DNA from: Candidatus Micrarchaeota archaeon
Lineage (GTDB): Archaea; Micrarchaeota; Micrarchaeia; Anstonellales; Bilamarchaeaceae
NCBI GenBank assembly: GCA_038046765.1
Contig: JBBSVN010000012.1
Coordinates: forward strand, 1-64,000
Length of the DNA stretch: 64,000 nt
Direction: 5' to 3'
Shown: positions 1-10,222 of the stretch, piece by piece
How positions within the stretch are numbered: the first letter of the stretch is position 1
Layout of the letters: each line of letters opens with the position of its first letter
The notes under the pieces: model-generated
Database searches by the model: none
The model's input: only the letters and a program-made list of their open reading frames with translations
What the model was told of the DNA's origin: nothing
Position numbers and translations under genes: made by a program

Positions 1-209
1 GCTCATAGCCAGCCTAAGAAAAGCATTAGGATTTAAGTACTTTCGGAAGTACTGGGTACACCAAACAAGTTAGGTTCGAGCTTCTTAATCGATACAAAGA
101 TATTTTAGAAAAAGATAAAAAAGGTCAACCTGTTTCAGTACTTACACCGCATGCTTGCAATGCGGCACTTGCGATAACTCTTAGCCATCAGTTAGAGTCT
201 GAAAAAAAA

Positions 210-566
210 GTGTCTGCCTTTGGGTTAGCCCATTTGACTGTTCGGTTTACTCGCTTTTCTTTACTTGAACGCCTTGCAGGTACGTTTATACTAATTGGCA
301 TGGCAAATTTAGTTTTTGGCGTGGTACTTCCTTTTGTCCTTAATGATAAAATCGTGCCTGGGCGTGATTTGCTTTACTTAGACTTGGCTTTAGTTGGTCC
401 ATTAAGTATATTCGAACTGTTACTTGACCTAAGCGTCAAACGCAGTTTTTGTAAATATCTTGAAAAGAGCGGTGATTTAGTTGAAAAATATGTTGCTCTT
501 AAAATTAAACCTTATATGAATGACCCGACCCGCGATTTTTTACGGTCGGATGGTTTTGACCTGTAA
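210..566 (+). CDS. hypothetical membrane protein, 5' end uncertain
   Basis: ORF with two hydrophobic segments; frame is open from about position 30 without an ATG, so the 5' end may be frameshifted or truncated. Confidence 0.4.
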   Translation: MSAFGLAHLTVRFTRFSLLERLAGTFILIGMANLVFGVVLPFVLNDKIVPGRDLLYLDLALVGPLSIFELLLDLSVKRSFCKYLEKSGDLVEKYVALKIKPYMNDPTRDFLRSDGFDL

Positions 567-681
567 TTTATTAGATTCATTTTTCTTTTTTATCTTTACC
601 ATACTCTTAAAAATATTCAATGCACAAGTAATTTAAATTAAAAATATTTTTCAAAACACAAAACGTTTCAGGTGATAAATT

Positions 682-1749
682 ATGCTCTTAGCCCCCGGTC
701 CAGTTCCAGTTTTAAAAGAAATATCTGAAGCTCAAACAAAGGAAATGATTACTCACAGGAGTGCTGAATTTTCAAAAGTTTATTCTGACCTTTGCACACG
801 GTTAAAGGGATATTTTAACGCGGAAGTCGCGTACGTACTCACAGGTTCTGGTGCAGTCGGTTTAGAAACTCTTGTTCTAAATTTATGCGAGAAAAACGAC
901 AAAGTAGTTTGTTTTCCTAATGGGGAATTTGGTGAAAAACTTGTTGAAACGTTTAAAGTTTATGCAAACCCTGAAGTCCATGTATTGCCTAAAGGCGGAA
1001 TGGGTTGGAATTTAGCAAAAGCCAAACAAGCTATTGACAATAGTAACGCAAAAGTTTTCGCAATCGTTTATAACGAAACTAGTTACGGTGTACGTAATCA
1101 CATAAAAGAAATGTGTAAATACGCCAAATCCAAAGGAATGCTAACGATTATTGATGCGATTTCAGCTTGGCCAGGAACAGAAGTAGATATGAAAGAGTTT
1201 GATGTTGATGGGATTGTTACTGGAAGCCAAAAAGGAATTGGTGCGCCAGCTGGCATGGCATTAATTGGATTAAGTGCAAAAGCAGTTGAAGTCTTTAGTT
1301 CAAGAAAAGAAATTCCAAGCTATTGTTTTGATTTAAGAAAGCATAAAAAACGCTTTGAAAAAGATCAGCAAACTCCAAATACTCCAGCGGTTACTCTTTA
1401 TTGGGCATTACAAAAAGCATTTGATGTAATGGATGCTAAAGGCGGAACAACGCAAGCAGTAAAAAGGCATCATGATGCGAGCGTACATGTTCGAAAAAGA
1501 TTAGTTGAAATGGGTTTTGGCCTTATTGCTGAAAAAGAATTTGAATCGAATACTGTTACTGGATTTGTTTGTAATTCTCCAGAACAGGCTAAACTAATTA
1601 AATCCAAACTCCAAAGCGATTACAATATAAAAATTGTTGGAGCGAGGGGAGAATTCATTAATAATGGTTTACGTATTGCTCATATGGGTAACTTTGACAT
1701 AAAAGATTTGGATGCGGCTTTGGATGCAATTGGGAAGATAATGAAATAA
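682..1749 (+). CDS. class V PLP aminotransferase (alanine-glyoxylate / serine-pyruvate family)
   Basis: N-terminal PGP and HRS motifs, NETSYG, DAIS, PLP lysine in GSQKG, RIAHMG; GGTGA RBS upstream. Confidence 0.9.
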   Translation: MLLAPGPVPVLKEISEAQTKEMITHRSAEFSKVYSDLCTRLKGYFNAEVAYVLTGSGAVGLETLVLNLCEKNDKVVCFPNGEFGEKLVETFKVYANPEVHVLPKGGMGWNLAKAKQAIDNSNAKVFAIVYNETSYGVRNHIKEMCKYAKSKGMLTIIDAISAWPGTEVDMKEFDVDGIVTGSQKGIGAPAGMALIGLSAKAVEVFSSRKEIPSYCFDLRKHKKRFEKDQQTPNTPAVTLYWALQKAFDVMDAKGGTTQAVKRHHDASVHVRKRLVEMGFGLIAEKEFESNTVTGFVCNSPEQAKLIKSKLQSDYNIKIVGARGEFINNGLRIAHMGNFDIKDLDAALDAIGKIMK

Positions 1750-1757
1750 TTAGAAAG

Positions 1758-2942
1758 TTATTTGACTAACTTTGCGTGTATTTTTTCTAATTCTGATACG
1801 TCTACTACGGATGAAAAATCGACCCCGTACCTTCTCCTTGAAACTTCATCCAACATTTTTTTGGCAGCAGCATTGATTTTTGGCTGTGACACAAATAATA
1901 ACGATAATGGGTCAGAAACACCAACTTTAGTCATCAAATCATTAAGCATATCCAGGAAAACTTTATTTTGGCGCTCTGTGTTTGGATTCCCAATAAATAC
2001 GGAATATTCTGCCATGCCCTCATTCACATACGCAGTTTCTAAACTTGTGAATATATCTTTTAAACCATAGAATGGTACTCCATAAATTATTTTTGTCAAG
2101 TAAGCTAACGCTTCAGTGTCCAAATTTACTGGTAAGATGCTTCCATATCGTTTTATTTCATACCTAGTTGTAAGGACATGAACGACTTCATGGAAAGCTA
2201 TTCCATCAAAATTATCCTGAGCTAAAAAGCCAGAAAAAACGTATTGATAAAATAGTGCAAAACGCACTACGCGTTGAGCAAAAATATCGGCAACTATCTG
2301 GCTCTTCTTAGTTGCTATATCTCTGTACCATGATCCAAGAGGTACATTTGGATTAAAAATGCAGCTGGATTCCAATATTTCACTTACTAGGTTATTAATT
2401 GCTTGCGCGTTTTTTACTTTACCCACACTAACAATCTTATCTTGAATTTCCTTGCAGAAACTTGCCTTTAATGATTCTACCTTGTGTCGTTCATCTGAAA
2501 ATAATTCGTCTTTATCTATAAAAAATACAAATATTTTGTTTTTTTCCTCATTTGATAAACCAACAATTGTCACTGCCTTGAATCCATTGCTTAACATTGA
2601 GTGAATTGTTCTACGGTCAGAATCAACGGTTTTTAAAAAAGTTGAGCCTGGTTTAAGAAAAATGAATTTCCCATCTTTAGTATCGATTTCTTTTTTTATT
2701 TCTTCTTGAGGTATTTCCCTGCCTAAAATTTTTACTGTTTTTGGACTTTTCGATTTAATTTCTTGTTCTGGACCCACAATCACAGTTGTATTGGGACTTG
2801 GGGTTTCAACCATAGCCATCTCTTTGGTTTCCTTAGTATATAATAAAGCCGTTGCAGTAATTATGCCTGCAACAAGCGGAGCTAACAAGTATCTGCTCGA
2901 GCTGCTTTTTTTAGTTTGCTTGGGTTTTTTAATTTTGTGCAT
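1758..2942 (-). CDS. membrane-anchored putative zinc metallopeptidase (HExxH)
   Basis: basic N-terminus plus hydrophobic helix; FHEVVH followed by EALAYL. Confidence 0.55.
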   Translation of the reverse strand: MHKIKKPKQTKKSSSSRYLLAPLVAGIITATALLYTKETKEMAMVETPSPNTTVIVGPEQEIKSKSPKTVKILGREIPQEEIKKEIDTKDGKFIFLKPGSTFLKTVDSDRRTIHSMLSNGFKAVTIVGLSNEEKNKIFVFFIDKDELFSDERHKVESLKASFCKEIQDKIVSVGKVKNAQAINNLVSEILESSCIFNPNVPLGSWYRDIATKKSQIVADIFAQRVVRFALFYQYVFSGFLAQDNFDGIAFHEVVHVLTTRYEIKRYGSILPVNLDTEALAYLTKIIYGVPFYGLKDIFTSLETAYVNEGMAEYSVFIGNPNTERQNKVFLDMLNDLMTKVGVSDPLSLLFVSQPKINAAAKKMLDEVSRRRYGVDFSSVVDVSELEKIHAKLVK

Positions 2943-3134
2943 AATAATGTTTATGTATGTTAAGATTTTTAAATCGAACTGAAAGAGGTTGTGCGGGCAT
3001 TTTTGCTTATTTGCATTACATCTAGTTACCTAGACATAGAACACGTTCTACGTTCAATATAATGAACAAAATGCAAATCGTATCCTATTTAAACATTCAA
3101 AGCCTAATAAATAATGTTATTAGTGGTGTTATTT

Positions 3135-3290
3135 ATGACAAAACCATTTCATTCAACTTCAATTTTATCTGGTGAAGATGCAAAGAATTTCTTAGAACCA
3201 ATTGTAAAAGAACAAGAAAATCCTTCACCAACAAGGTTAGCTTTTATCCGAGAAGTTTTAGCTGATTCTAAAAAATACGTTAAAGGATAA
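3135..3290 (+). CDS. 51-aa small protein (not in ORF track)
   Basis: ATG 3135 to TAA 3290: MTKPFHSTSILSGEDAKNFLETIVKEQENPSPTRLAFIREVLADSKKYVKG; GGTG RBS and TTTAAA box upstream. Confidence 0.6.
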   Translation: MTKPFHSTSILSGEDAKNFLEPIVKEQENPSPTRLAFIREVLADSKKYVKG

Positions 3291-3309
3291 TTGTTTTCGC
3301 TATAGTTTA

Positions 3310-4020
3310 TTGAATATGCGAAGTGAAATTATGTCTCCAATCGAAACAAAGTTGTCAAAAGCAAATGCCAGAAAAACTATCTCTAATCCACAAGCAGAAA
3401 GTCTTAAAATAGTTCTAGAGCGGTGCGGTTATTTAGTCCAGTGCCATGATCAAAATTGGAAGGCAGTAAGAGGCACACCAGATGCAGTACTTACGCTCTA
3501 TGCTCCAAGGAGAAGTAAAAAAATCTGCGGATTAGTCGATAATATGGAGATGGCAGATATAGTTGTTGCCGGAGTACAAACACCTGATTTAGAACACACG
3601 CAAATAGCTGGCGCTATTAGAATCCCTCTAGAAACAGATATTCAAATACCAAATATATTCGGGATTTTTACAGAAAAAATTTCCCCTAATCTTAGCCATT
3701 ATGGAGAAATCCACAGTGCAACTAATGAGCGTTTTCCTCATCTAATCCGCGCAACTTACTATGCAAGGTTAAAATTGCCCGAAAGCTTAAGTCGAGAGGA
3801 TTTGTTGGAGTTTACTTTGGATGCGTCCGAATACCTATCTGAACTAGGAGCAAGAGTTTCGCATGTAATGCTATTAGCTAGAGATTTAGAGAATAGACTT
3901 TCGGTAGTTAATACTTATGCAGCAAATCTAGAATCAGAACTCGCAGCAGAAATCGGTTCGTTATGTGGTCATGTTTTTCGTGAGAGAGCGAATAGAATAA
4001 TTGCGCCATTAGTTCCTTAA
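3310..4020 (+). CDS. hypothetical protein
   Basis: 236-aa ORF, no recognised motif. Confidence 0.6.
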   Translation: MNMRSEIMSPIETKLSKANARKTISNPQAESLKIVLERCGYLVQCHDQNWKAVRGTPDAVLTLYAPRRSKKICGLVDNMEMADIVVAGVQTPDLEHTQIAGAIRIPLETDIQIPNIFGIFTEKISPNLSHYGEIHSATNERFPHLIRATYYARLKLPESLSREDLLEFTLDASEYLSELGARVSHVMLLARDLENRLSVVNTYAANLESELAAEIGSLCGHVFRERANRIIAPLVP

Positions 4021-4071
4021 AACCATCATGTTTCAACATTATTTATAAATCCTTTGCTACCTAATTAGTTT

Positions 4072-4743
4072 ATGTCAATAAGGATGTTTGAAAGAATGCC
4101 TAAGTCCAGAGAAGTTAAGCCACCTTCACTAAATAAATTTCATACGGATAGTCTTAGCCAGTTGATTGAAAGAACAAGAGAAGAAAATATGTGCGAAGTT
4201 TTAAGAATTACATCAACCTTGGGTTTAGAGATTGGCTATATCAGAAAACTCAAGTATGCAGACGACGTCTTTAATCAAGTTCTTTACTTAATGCGTCAAA
4301 AAGCATTAGCTGGAAATATTGAGTATGAATTAATGCTAAATGCTTTGCGTGATGATTTGGCTGCTTGGGATAAAGGCGCAAAAAAGCATAACCTACATAA
4401 GGAATACTGCGATTTCTATAATGAAGGCCGTAACTTGTATTTCGAAGTCACAATGGCAATTGCAGAGTTAAATATTCTAAAACGAACTCCAGAATCCATG
4501 AAAGAAGGATCACAGCAAATTCGTGATGCTGTATCAAATTTCAGAGAAATGTTTATCTGGCCAGACTTTGGTTTCGGAGGGGGTTTGGTGGCGGGAATCT
4601 TTCTAGAAGCATCTGAACTAGAATCTGATCCCAAAAGAAAAAACGGGTTTGAAGAAATTGCGTATTATCTTAGTGGATGTGGATACCCGTTTACTCTAAA
4701 TCGTAGAATCGAGGAGTGTTTCGGTATAAGAAGACTATACTAA
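4072..4743 (+). CDS. hypothetical protein
   Basis: 223-aa ORF with TTTATAAA box about 20 nt upstream. Confidence 0.65.
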   Translation: MSIRMFERMPKSREVKPPSLNKFHTDSLSQLIERTREENMCEVLRITSTLGLEIGYIRKLKYADDVFNQVLYLMRQKALAGNIEYELMLNALRDDLAAWDKGAKKHNLHKEYCDFYNEGRNLYFEVTMAIAELNILKRTPESMKEGSQQIRDAVSNFREMFIWPDFGFGGGLVAGIFLEASELESDPKRKNGFEEIAYYLSGCGYPFTLNRRIEECFGIRRLY

Positions 4744-4744
4744 T

Positions 4745-5221
4745 TTATTTTCTAATCCCTTCGGTTAATCCTGTTCTTAATTTAGGTCTTTTGCAGTAAT
4801 CGTCGTATTCTGTAATCGTAAATTCAAAACGTGGTTCTTGACCTTCACTAGTTTCTTTTGGTGTTGCCTTAAATGTTGCTAACACAAATTGATTTCCCCC
4901 GGGATTTCTAAAAAGTACCTCTGTTCGCTCTACGCTATAATCCGTACCATCTAGTCTAAGTTCTCTTTCTGATTTTATTTTTACTCCCTCTAAATCCAAG
5001 TCCATCTTTCCGACTTCGTACGTGAACATTACAAAGGTTCTAACTACTTCTTCTGCGGTCGTATCTATTCTTGAAAAACCATCTGTTCCTTTAACTTCCT
5101 TTACTAATAGATTTCCAGCTTTAGCTGTGCCGATTATAGCACTATGCAGTGCTTGCGCTCTGTTTTGAATTAGCTTAATCCTATCTGCTCTAGGTTCCTG
5201 CCTTGCTGATGCTGTTGACAT
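4745..5221 (-). CDS. hypothetical protein
   Basis: ORF; start moved to ATG 5221 because a TTTAAA box lies about 25 nt upstream. Confidence 0.6.
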   Translation of the reverse strand: MSTASARQEPRADRIKLIQNRAQALHSAIIGTAKAGNLLVKEVKGTDGFSRIDTTAEEVVRTFVMFTYEVGKMDLDLEGVKIKSERELRLDGTDYSVERTEVLFRNPGGNQFVLATFKATPKETSEGQEPRFEFTITEYDDYCKRPKLRTGLTEGIRK

Positions 5222-5281
5222 AATAATATATAATTCACAACAGTTTAAAAACCCCATGCACTCTTTGAATTTATCAAAAGT

Positions 5282-5980
5282 TTAATCAAAACTACCTATT
5301 CCACCTAATAATTCGACATTTACTTTTCCATTGGTTTGGTTTTCAACTAATTTCTTAAACTCGCTTTGCGCTTTCTTTTGATTTTCAATACTTCCCAAAG
5401 GAATGCAGTGCATTGGTACGACTATTTTGGGCATAATTATTTGTGTTGCTTTTGCTGCTTCATTTACATCCATCGTATAAGTTCCACCAATTGGTAAAAA
5501 TGCAAAATCTATTTTATTAGCAAGTGTTTTCATTTCAGGAATGTTGTCTGTATCCCCTGCATGATAAATCATTTTATTATTTGCAGTTAGAATGTATCCG
5601 ACAAATTCGTTTTGTTTTGGGTGAAATTTCAAGCTTTCTGGTTTGTTGTTGTACGATGCAATCGTACTTACTCTAATTCCCTTAACAATAAAATCTTCAT
5701 CTGGGTTCACAATTTTTATGTCTTCTTTTGCAACGATATTTGTAATTTCTTCACACCCTCTAGTTACAATAACAGTGCAGCCTTTTTTATAAAGTTTAGC
5801 AATACTTTCTAAGTGAAAATGGTCAAAGTGGGAGTGCGTAATTAAGATGATTTCTGTTTTTTCATCCTCTTGAGGTTTGTCGATCTTAAATGGATCAATA
5901 TAAATTATTTGATTCGTTTTACTATCATTTATCCTAAGCGTTGCGTGTGTTAATAATGAAAATCCTTCAATCATGTTCAT
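5282..5980 (-). CDS. MBL-fold metallo-hydrolase (UlaG-like)
   Basis: IYIDP, THSHFDH, YHAGDT, LPIGG, PMH motifs. Confidence 0.9.
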   Translation of the reverse strand: MNMIEGFSLLTHATLRINDSKTNQIIYIDPFKIDKPQEDEKTEIILITHSHFDHFHLESIAKLYKKGCTVIVTRGCEEITNIVAKEDIKIVNPDEDFIVKGIRVSTIASYNNKPESLKFHPKQNEFVGYILTANNKMIYHAGDTDNIPEMKTLANKIDFAFLPIGGTYTMDVNEAAKATQIIMPKIVVPMHCIPLGSIENQKKAQSEFKKLVENQTNGKVNVELLGGIGSFD

Positions 5981-6536
5981 CCCTATCTAATAGTAAGTTC
6001 AAAACCCTTTTATAACCAAAAGTATCTCCTAAATCTCCTGCATTAATGTGTTCTAACCCATGTTCAACAATTAATCTTGTGTTTAAATTTTCTGCCAATA
6101 ATTCTCCTTCTTCAATTGGTACAAAAGGATCGTTATCGCTATTAATTGCAAAAATTTTATTTGCTTTCTTTTGAATTTTCTTCCAGTTAAAAGGAGTTTT
6201 AAAGAAATTTTCTAATTCGCTAATGCTAAGCGCTCGGGTAAATCCGCTAACAAGAATTGCTTTATTGATTCGTTCGTTATCTGCTAAATTTTCCAAAATT
6301 CGAAGTATTGCTATCGAGCCTAAACTGTGCCCTATAATACTTAAATTCTCATCAAATTTTAGTCCATCTATTTTCCTTATTGCGTTTAACCATTCCTCTT
6401 GATCTGGATTATCTGTGTTTGGTAAATTCGGGCAATATACTTTATGGCCTAAGGTTTCAAGTTTTGTTTTTAGCCATGGAAACCAGTTACTTCTTCCGTT
6501 TGCGCCCCAACCGTGGAGGATAAGAAAATTAGCCAT
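5967..6536 (-). CDS. alpha/beta hydrolase, RBBP9/YdeN family
   Basis: ILHGW, NWFPWL, GHSLG nucleophile elbow, SDNDPFV, catalytic His. Confidence 0.9.
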   Translation of the reverse strand: MANFLILHGWGANGRSNWFPWLKTKLETLGHKVYCPNLPNTDNPDQEEWLNAIRKIDGLKFDENLSIIGHSLGSIAILRILENLADNERINKAILVSGFTRALSISELENFFKTPFNWKKIQKKANKIFAINSDNDPFVPIEEGELLAENLNTRLIVEHGLEHINAGDLGDTFGYKRVLNLLLDRDEHD

Positions 6537-6614
6537 ATAAGATATCCATGGTGACATAATCTTAAAAACCAAGACTAGCTAATTATTTAAAAAATATAAT
6601 TTAGGCTGATTAAG

Positions 6615-7466
6615 ATGAAACTATCTGAAAAAGCCAAAAAATATCTGGATTCTGTAAAACATATCCATCCATCCTATCCTAATTTTGGAAATAAAGAAAA
6701 TCCACTTTCCAATAAGCCCCCTCTTTTGGATCAGAATCCTTCTAAGGAACAAGTTTCAGTACCTCGTAAGTCTAATCCAAAAATTACTTCACTTGAACCA
6801 TTTGAATTAGTTAAAATCGCAGCTAAGCACAATTCTTTACCAGAAATCATTGGTCAACTTACGGAGCTTGCAACTTCAACACAAGTCGATGAAAATGAAC
6901 GGATAAAAGCAGCTCATGCAATTATTCGATGCGCAAATGCGTGCTTAAAAAAAGATTTAAATTTTGATGGTGCCGAAGCAATAGAAATGGCAAACCAGGT
7001 AAGTGAAATAAAAAATGCCCTTGCACTTGCCTTAGACGACCTTTCTTCCAATGCGCGTTTAAGGGCAGAAAATTCTGACTTGGATAGAGATGTGAAAACT
7101 AAAAACGATCTGCTAGTATATTCCCAAGACCTTCGTATCTTAAGCGAGCGCTTAGGTAACATTTCTTCTAAAGAAACTGCTTTACGAAAAGGTGCAAAAG
7201 ACCTCGCGGTTTTAGAATCCAGAGGAAAAAGAATTGCCAGTGAAGCCACGGGTCTTTTCCACGTATTTGCGTATGCCATATCATACCTGGATTTTAGTTC
7301 GGGGGGTCTTCTTGGTGCATCTCTATTCGGCTCTGGGATTGCTGGGTTAATGCTTTACTTAAAGTTTAAACGGCAAAAACGAGTTTTTGAATCATTTGCG
7401 TTAAGGGCAAAGGACGAAATCGGAATGAATCGTGAATTGCTTTTAAGAAAGCTGGAAGAATTTTAA
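6615..7466 (+). CDS. hypothetical protein with C-terminal TM helices
   Basis: 283-aa ORF, Pro-rich N-terminus, hydrophobic C-terminal segment. Confidence 0.6.
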   Translation: MKLSEKAKKYLDSVKHIHPSYPNFGNKENPLSNKPPLLDQNPSKEQVSVPRKSNPKITSLEPFELVKIAAKHNSLPEIIGQLTELATSTQVDENERIKAAHAIIRCANACLKKDLNFDGAEAIEMANQVSEIKNALALALDDLSSNARLRAENSDLDRDVKTKNDLLVYSQDLRILSERLGNISSKETALRKGAKDLAVLESRGKRIASEATGLFHVFAYAISYLDFSSGGLLGASLFGSGIAGLMLYLKFKRQKRVFESFALRAKDEIGMNRELLLRKLEEF

Positions 7467-7489
7467 ATTGTTGTATAAACAATATATTT

Positions 7490-8146
7490 ATGAGTAGTCA
7501 CTATAAATTAGCTAAATTTTCTCCTTCTAAACCAAGAGCTTATTCGCTAATGAAATACTTAACTAAAAGGCAAACTATTTTCCCAGTTTTAGTTGAACTC
7601 AGAAAAGATCAACCACTTCATCCTGCAAGTTTAAAACCAAAACAAAATGTTCCAATGCGTTCTCTTAAGCAAGAAGTTTGTGGGTTGCAACAATGCGTTA
7701 ATGCAAGAGATAGCGAGGGCGTACGTAAATCTGTTCGATCAATATCTAAATTACTTTGCGATCCAGATGTATTTAGAACTGGGGATTTTAGCCAGCTTGC
7801 GGTATTACTTTACGATTCGCAATACCGATTACGCAAACTGGATCCAAAGTTATCCGAACAAATTTTAAATTTTTTAGATGCTTTAAATGAACTTGCACAT
7901 TTGCGGATTGAGACAAATAATAAAAATGTAAAGGAAATGTTTGCGCTTGTCGCATCAAGCTATGTGGCCGAATACTTCGCTTCTGGCTTGGTGACATCAG
8001 CTAACTCTAGGATTATTTTTGCATTTCTATTTATGGCTGTACAAATTGCTGTTTTTTTAAAATTGTCCTTAAAATCCGCTCTGGAAAAACAACCAGGCTA
8101 TACGGACTTAGTGAAGAAATTAAAACATGCTGTTAAAAGCGAATAG
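7490..8146 (+). CDS. hypothetical protein with C-terminal TM helices
   Basis: 218-aa ORF. Confidence 0.6.
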   Translation: MSSHYKLAKFSPSKPRAYSLMKYLTKRQTIFPVLVELRKDQPLHPASLKPKQNVPMRSLKQEVCGLQQCVNARDSEGVRKSVRSISKLLCDPDVFRTGDFSQLAVLLYDSQYRLRKLDPKLSEQILNFLDALNELAHLRIETNNKNVKEMFALVASSYVAEYFASGLVTSANSRIIFAFLFMAVQIAVFLKLSLKSALEKQPGYTDLVKKLKHAVKSE

Positions 8147-8201
8147 TTATAAAAAATGAAAAAGAAAGGTTTATAAACTGTTTTTTGTCTAAATTAATTG
8201 T

Positions 8202-8669
8202 ATGCAAACACTATTTAGGCGACGAACTGATCCACACTTAGATGTAAAAACTTCTGCCATTGCTGCCAGATGGTCTAGTAAAAAACCCATTATCCAAACA
8301 CACCTGGAAGACCCAAATCCAGAATTATCTAGTTTTGCTGGAGAAATCTCTTTTACGGGTTCTGTTAAAATTATCTCTACACCAGAAATTTCTAAAAAAA
8401 GAAAACCTAGCCACAAAGACCGTTTGTCTCGTTTTTCTAATCTTTTTGACGAAGAAATCAATATCGAGCTTAGAGATATTGCAATAAAAACGATTCTTTT
8501 TCTCACAGTTATAAAATGCATTAACTTATTAACAGATATAAATATTATCTCAAATCACATAAATAAATTTTTAGTAAGCTACCCGTTACCATTTCTCTTA
8601 ATCTCCTCCTTATTTTCAAATATTTCTTTTTGTATTGGTCTAATTACACAACCTAAAGAAAAAGAATAA
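8202..8669 (+). CDS. hypothetical membrane protein
   Basis: 155-aa ORF, TTTATAAA box upstream, two hydrophobic C-terminal segments. Confidence 0.55.
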   Translation: MQTLFRRRTDPHLDVKTSAIAARWSSKKPIIQTHLEDPNPELSSFAGEISFTGSVKIISTPEISKKRKPSHKDRLSRFSNLFDEEINIELRDIAIKTILFLTVIKCINLLTDINIISNHINKFLVSYPLPFLLISSLFSNISFCIGLITQPKEKE

Positions 8670-8672
8670 AAC

Positions 8673-9023
8673 TCATAATAATTTCAACTTCCCCAAAATC
8701 TTATCAATTTCTTCTTCTTTAGCTGGGCCAATTCCAAATGCTGTCGGCGTGTTTGGTGTCAGTTGCGTTTTACCTGCATCATGAATTACATCTCCGATTA
8801 ATCCTGCTCGTTTACAAAGTTCGAAATATTCAAATAGTTCGCTTTCGCTGCCGACTTTAAGTACAATTTTCTTTTGACCTTGATTTAACCAAGCTCGTGC
8901 AATTTCGGGTTCTTTATGCTCAACTTTAACATATGCCGATACGCTTGCATGTGCCGTTTGTCCTGCCATCTTTCCCTTTGACATTTCCAAATCCGTTCGG
9001 ATTACAATTGCTTGTTTGTACAT
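8673..9023 (-). CDS. pth2: peptidyl-tRNA hydrolase, archaeal/eukaryotic type
   Basis: KQAIVIRTDL, MSKGK..Q.AHA, QKKIVLK, DAGKTQ, GIGP. Confidence 0.95.
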   Translation of the reverse strand: MYKQAIVIRTDLEMSKGKMAGQTAHASVSAYVKVEHKEPEIARAWLNQGQKKIVLKVGSESELFEYFELCKRAGLIGDVIHDAGKTQLTPNTPTAFGIGPAKEEEIDKILGKLKLL

Positions 9024-9038
9024 TGTCTTACCTTCTAT

Positions 9039-9668
9039 CTATATTATCTTAACACTAACTTTATCCCCTGTTTTTTTCTTTAATTTTTCCCTTAAATTTA
9101 CATCTGCAATTACTTCTAAAATATTCTGTCCATGATGCGTTCTAACTGGAATTATTATCGCGCATTCGTAAGAATTGATCTTGCACTTGTACGCAAAAAG
9201 ATCTCCAAAAGTTCTTTTATCTGTTTTCCAGCCTTCTATTATTGTTGGGTTTAGTGCTTTTAGCATCGATCGCTTTTCTAATCCTGTGCTATCGAGCATT
9301 ATATTTAAGGTTCCGGGGTAGCATCTAAATCCTAGTTTATCTAAAAATTGTTTTTGATATTCTTCTTGGGAAACATAATACGCCCCTTCGCCAAGACCAT
9401 CACAAATTTCCCCTTCGATCACAAGCGGACTCTCTTCAAACGCATGCTTAAGGCTCGCGTAAAGGTCGGATATCTCATCCATTCCGGAATCAGTTATTTT
9501 TATTCCATCCTTGGATCGCTCTATTTTACCAAGTTTTTCTAATCCGATTAATAATCTGGAAACATTCTGCTGGCTCATTTGGGTTTCTTCTGCGATTTGT
9601 GTTGTTGAAATATTAACTGCAGTTAAATGCGCTCGCTTTTTTAAAAGAAAGAAAAGTAACTTGTCCAT
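9039..9668 (-). CDS. ribK: CTP-dependent riboflavin kinase with N-terminal wHTH
   Basis: N-terminal HTH (SQQNVSR), GLGEGAYY, YPGTLN, PVRTHH..LEVIA. Confidence 0.9.
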   Translation of the reverse strand: MDKLLFFLLKKRAHLTAVNISTTQIAEETQMSQQNVSRLLIGLEKLGKIERSKDGIKITDSGMDEISDLYASLKHAFEESPLVIEGEICDGLGEGAYYVSQEEYQKQFLDKLGFRCYPGTLNIMLDSTGLEKRSMLKALNPTIIEGWKTDKRTFGDLFAYKCKINSYECAIIIPVRTHHGQNILEVIADVNLREKLKKKTGDKVSVKII

Positions 9669-9688
9669 GATCGTTCACAACAAGAAAA

Positions 9689-10222
9689 TTATTCGTATCG
9701 TATTATTATCTGGTCACCATCTCTTAAAAAGTAATTATTAAATTCAGTGTTTGGTTGACCGTTAACTGCCATCTTAACTGTCTTTCCATTATTATTGCAA
9801 ACATCTAGTATACATGTGCTGTTGAATGTTTTTCCCCATACTTTAAAGAAGTAACCTAGGGTAAGTGTCTCTGGTTTTTTACTTGGATTTAAGTTTTCTA
9901 CGTGTAATCGTCTTCCATTTGAACCATATTCGTCTGCGGCAGAATGTGTATGTATTGGGGATATCCCAGTTTCCATACCTAACGAAGTGTCAATTACATT
10001 GCCTATATTTACACCAATATTTTCCGGGATATATCTTTCCTGCCCGTTTACAAATATTTTCAAATCCGCGTGCCAGTGCGTTGGGGTTGTTGGTAACGGG
10101 TAAGGTGGCTTTAAATTAAAATTTGAATTATCTATTGTCTGTGGTTTGTTGAAAATAAAAAATACTGCTAAAATTGCAACTATTAAAACAACTAAGTATA
10201 TAAAATATTTATTTATGGACAT
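9689..10222 (-). CDS. membrane-anchored extracellular His-motif protein
   Basis: N-terminal TM helix; HWHAD, IHTH and LHVE motifs suggest metal binding. Confidence 0.6.
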   Translation of the reverse strand: MSINKYFIYLVVLIVAILAVFFIFNKPQTIDNSNFNLKPPYPLPTTPTHWHADLKIFVNGQERYIPENIGVNIGNVIDTSLGMETGISPIHTHSAADEYGSNGRRLHVENLNPSKKPETLTLGYFFKVWGKTFNSTCILDVCNNNGKTVKMAVNGQPNTEFNNYFLRDGDQIIIRYE

